38,135 nt of DNA from Reclinomonas americana ATCC 50394. Its lineage: Eukaryota. The translations under genes were made by a program, and so were the position numbers. The stretch spans positions 45,759-83,893 of the forward strand of contig PS015021.1 of the NCBI GenBank assembly GCA_048213135.1. Reading direction: 5' to 3'. Shown here piece by piece: positions 36,127 through 38,135 of this stretch. Every line of letters begins with the position of its first letter. The first letter of the stretch is position 1. The notes beneath the pieces were generated by a model that was not told the DNA's origin, ran no database searches, and saw only the letters and a list, made by a program, of their open reading frames with translations.

Positions 36127-38135
36127 TCAACAATACAGCTGATAAAACGCATCAGCAGAGAGCACCACCTTGGTGCCATCACTGTTGGACGCTACGGCAT
36201 TCCAGGTGCGCACGGAATCACGAGGCGTCCACGTCACGCCAGAGTCAGTGGAGGTGAAAATCTGGTCGTTGTTAGCCGTGGCCACCAGCTTGGTGCCGTC
36301 GCCGCTAAAGGTCACAGATCGCCACGCGCGTACTGAATCGCGAGGCGACCACGTTACGCCGGAGTCAGTGGATGTGTAAATCTGCCCGTTGTTCACGACA
36401 GCCACCAATTTGGTGCCGTCACTGTTGGAGGCCACCGATCGCCAGTCGCGAGCTGAATCGCGAGCCGTCCAAGTAACACCGGAGTCGGTGGATGTGTAGA
36501 TCTGACCAGAGTTCACCGCAGCCACCAGCTTGGTGCCGTCACTGCTGGACGCCACGGATCGCCAACTGCGATTGACATCAGTAATTCGAGCCGTCCACGT
36601 CACGCCAGAGTCGGTGGATGTATAGAGAAAATTGCCACTCGCCGCAGCCACCAGCTTGGAACCGTTACTGCTCAAGGCAACTGAAGTCCAATTGCGAGTA
36701 ACATCGTTAAGTCGAGCAGTCCAAGTCACACCAAAGTCAGTGGATGTATAGAGAAATGTGGTAGATCCCGCAGCCGCCAGCAAGGATCCGTCGCGGTTGG
36801 AAGCAACGGTCGCCCAGCTGCGCTGGGATTCACCACCCGCCCACGTTACGCCCGAGTCCGTGGAGACGTGAATCTGAGTACCACTCCCAGCAGCTGCCAG
36901 TATGGTGCCGTCACTGCTGGAAGCCACCGAAGACCACACATTGGCCGCTTGCAAGTCGTTGGACATTAGCGCTGTCCACGTCACACCGGAGTCAGTGGAA
37001 GTGTAGATCTTATCATTCTGTGCCACAGCCACCAGTTTGATGCCGTCGCTACTAGACGCCACTCCACTCCAAAGCCGATTCGGTCCATAAGGCGTCCATG
37101 TCACACCAGAGTCAGTGGAGGTGTAAAATTGGCTAAGGGACGCTGCAGCCACCAGCTTGGTGCCGTCACTGCTGGAGGTCACAGATCGCCATTGGCGATT
37201 CGAATCACGGGCTGTCCATGTCGCGCCTGAGTCAGTGGAGGTGTAAAGTAGGCCAGGTAACACTGCAGCCACCAGCTTGGTGCCGTCACTGCTAGAGGCC
37301 ACACATCGCCATAGGCGATTCGAATCACGGGCCGTCCACGTCACGCCAGAGTCGGTGGAGGTGTAAATCTTCTCACCACCCGTCACAGCCACCAATTTGG
37401 TGCCGTCACTGCTGGAGGCCACTCCACGCCAGCTGCGAGAGGACTCACGAGCCGTCCACGTCACGCCAGAGTCGGTGGAGGTGTAAATCTGACCGTTGTT
37501 CGCCGCCGCCACAAGCTTGGTGCCGTCACTGCTGGAGGCCACCGACTGCCATAAGCGATTCGCATCAGTGGCTCGTGCCGTCCAAGTCACGCCAGAGTCA
37601 GCGGAAGTGTAGATCTTATCATTCTGTGCCACAGCCACCAGTTTGGTGCCGTCGCTACTAGACGCCACTCCAGTCCATGAGAGACCGGATGCACTACCAG
37701 TCCACGTTGCACCAGAGTCAGCGGAGGTGTAAATTTGACTGGCTAACGCCACAACCACCAACTTGGTACCGTCACTGCTAGATGCCGCCGATGTCCACTG
37801 GCCAACGTACCTAAGAGTCGGAGTAGCTGCACGTGCAGCACAGGTTGAGCATGCAGAATCTGTTCGTACACACGCGTAAGCATTCACGAACAGCTGATGA
37901 ACAAGAACAGCGAAAGACCAACACGAACCACTCCACGGAAACGCGCAGCTGCACGTTCCATCAGCACCACAGGTGCCGTGACCCGAGCACGTTGTGGTGG
38001 GACTGCAGTTGCAACTGGCATTGGTGTAGTCGCTAGCGCACTGGCACGTACCGTCAGTCTTGCACGTTCCGTTGCCAGAGCATGTGATGCTGGGACTGCA
38101 GTTGCAGCTGGCATTGGTGTAGTCGCCCGTGCACA
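36127..38135 (-). CDS. EGF-like repeat protein with a C-terminal 14-repeat Asp-box/BNR (YVTN/WD40-like) beta-propeller region; 5' end beyond the right edge
   Basis: Exon >38135-37929 encodes tenascin-type EGF units (CTGDYTNASCNCSPSITCSGNGTCKTDGTCQCASDYTNASCNCSPTTTCSGHGTCGADGTCSCAFPWS). The GT-AG intron is 37928-37860. Exon 37859-36127 (TGA) encodes 14 repeats of about 40 aa with consensus WxSVASSSDGTKLVAxxxxxxIYTSTDSGVTWT; SxDxGxTW is the Asp-box, and repeat 14 is truncated. Confidence 0.9.
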   Translation of the reverse strand, partial: CTGDYTNASCNCSPSITCSGNGTCKTDGTCQCASDYTNASCNCSPTTTCSGHGTCGADGTCSCAFPWSGSCWSFAVLVHQLFVNAYACVRTDSACSTCAARAATPTLRYVGQWTSAASSSDGTKLVVVALASQIYTSADSGATWTGSASGLSWTGVASSSDGTKLVAVAQNDKIYTSADSGVTWTARATDANRLWQSVASSSDGTKLVAAANNGQIYTSTDSGVTWTARESSRSWRGVASSSDGTKLVAVTGGEKIYTSTDSGVTWTARDSNRLWRCVASSSDGTKLVAAVLPGLLYTSTDSGATWTARDSNRQWRSVTSSSDGTKLVAAASLSQFYTSTDSGVTWTPYGPNRLWSGVASSSDGIKLVAVAQNDKIYTSTDSGVTWTALMSNDLQAANVWSSVASSSDGTILAAAGSGTQIHVSTDSGVTWAGGESQRSWATVASNRDGSLLAAAGSTTFLYTSTDFGVTWTARLNDVTRNWTSVALSSNGSKLVAAASGNFLYTSTDSGVTWTARITDVNRSWRSVASSSDGTKLVAAVNSGQIYTSTDSGVTWTARDSARDWRSVASNSDGTKLVAVVNNGQIYTSTDSGVTWSPRDSVRAWRSVTFSGDGTKLVATANNDQIFTSTDSGVTWTPRDSVRTWNAVASNSDGTKVVLSADAFYQLYC

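Noticed and set aside
5908-36129. Possible alternative genetic code or stop read-through
   Set aside because: TAA (5908, 26136), TAG (12575, 29128) and TGA (12629, 36129) all end genes at sensible positions, and no inferred exon needs an in-frame stop.

Overview
This is intron-rich eukaryotic genomic DNA from a draft assembly with six N-gaps and many microsatellites. It is probably a flagellated protist (a CSPP1 homologue is present), but I cannot name the organism. Manual exon stitching gives nine spliced genes: CHMP1/Vps46 (-, runs off the left edge); a secreted protein with two SUEL/galactose-lectin-like domains (+); a Sen2-like tRNA-splicing endonuclease subunit (-); a membrane-anchored PPP-family pseudophosphatase with degenerate metal-binding motifs (+); a tandem LisH-CTLH protein with a C-terminal UBA-like domain (-); a CSPP1-like ciliary/centrosomal protein (+); a 7-TM GPCR-like protein (+); an unknown low-complexity single-TM protein (-); and the 3' part of an EGF-repeat plus 14-blade Asp-box beta-propeller gene (-). 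The most striking unexplained signal is in the splice code. By my hand count about 17 of about 70 inferred introns use a one-nucleotide-shifted donor class (GTTGCGT, GTTGAGT, GTTGTGT, GTTACGT) that mostly lacks the exonic -1 G found at nearly all ordinary donors here. All gene models are inferred from reading frame and remembered family motifs, not from transcript data or database searches.
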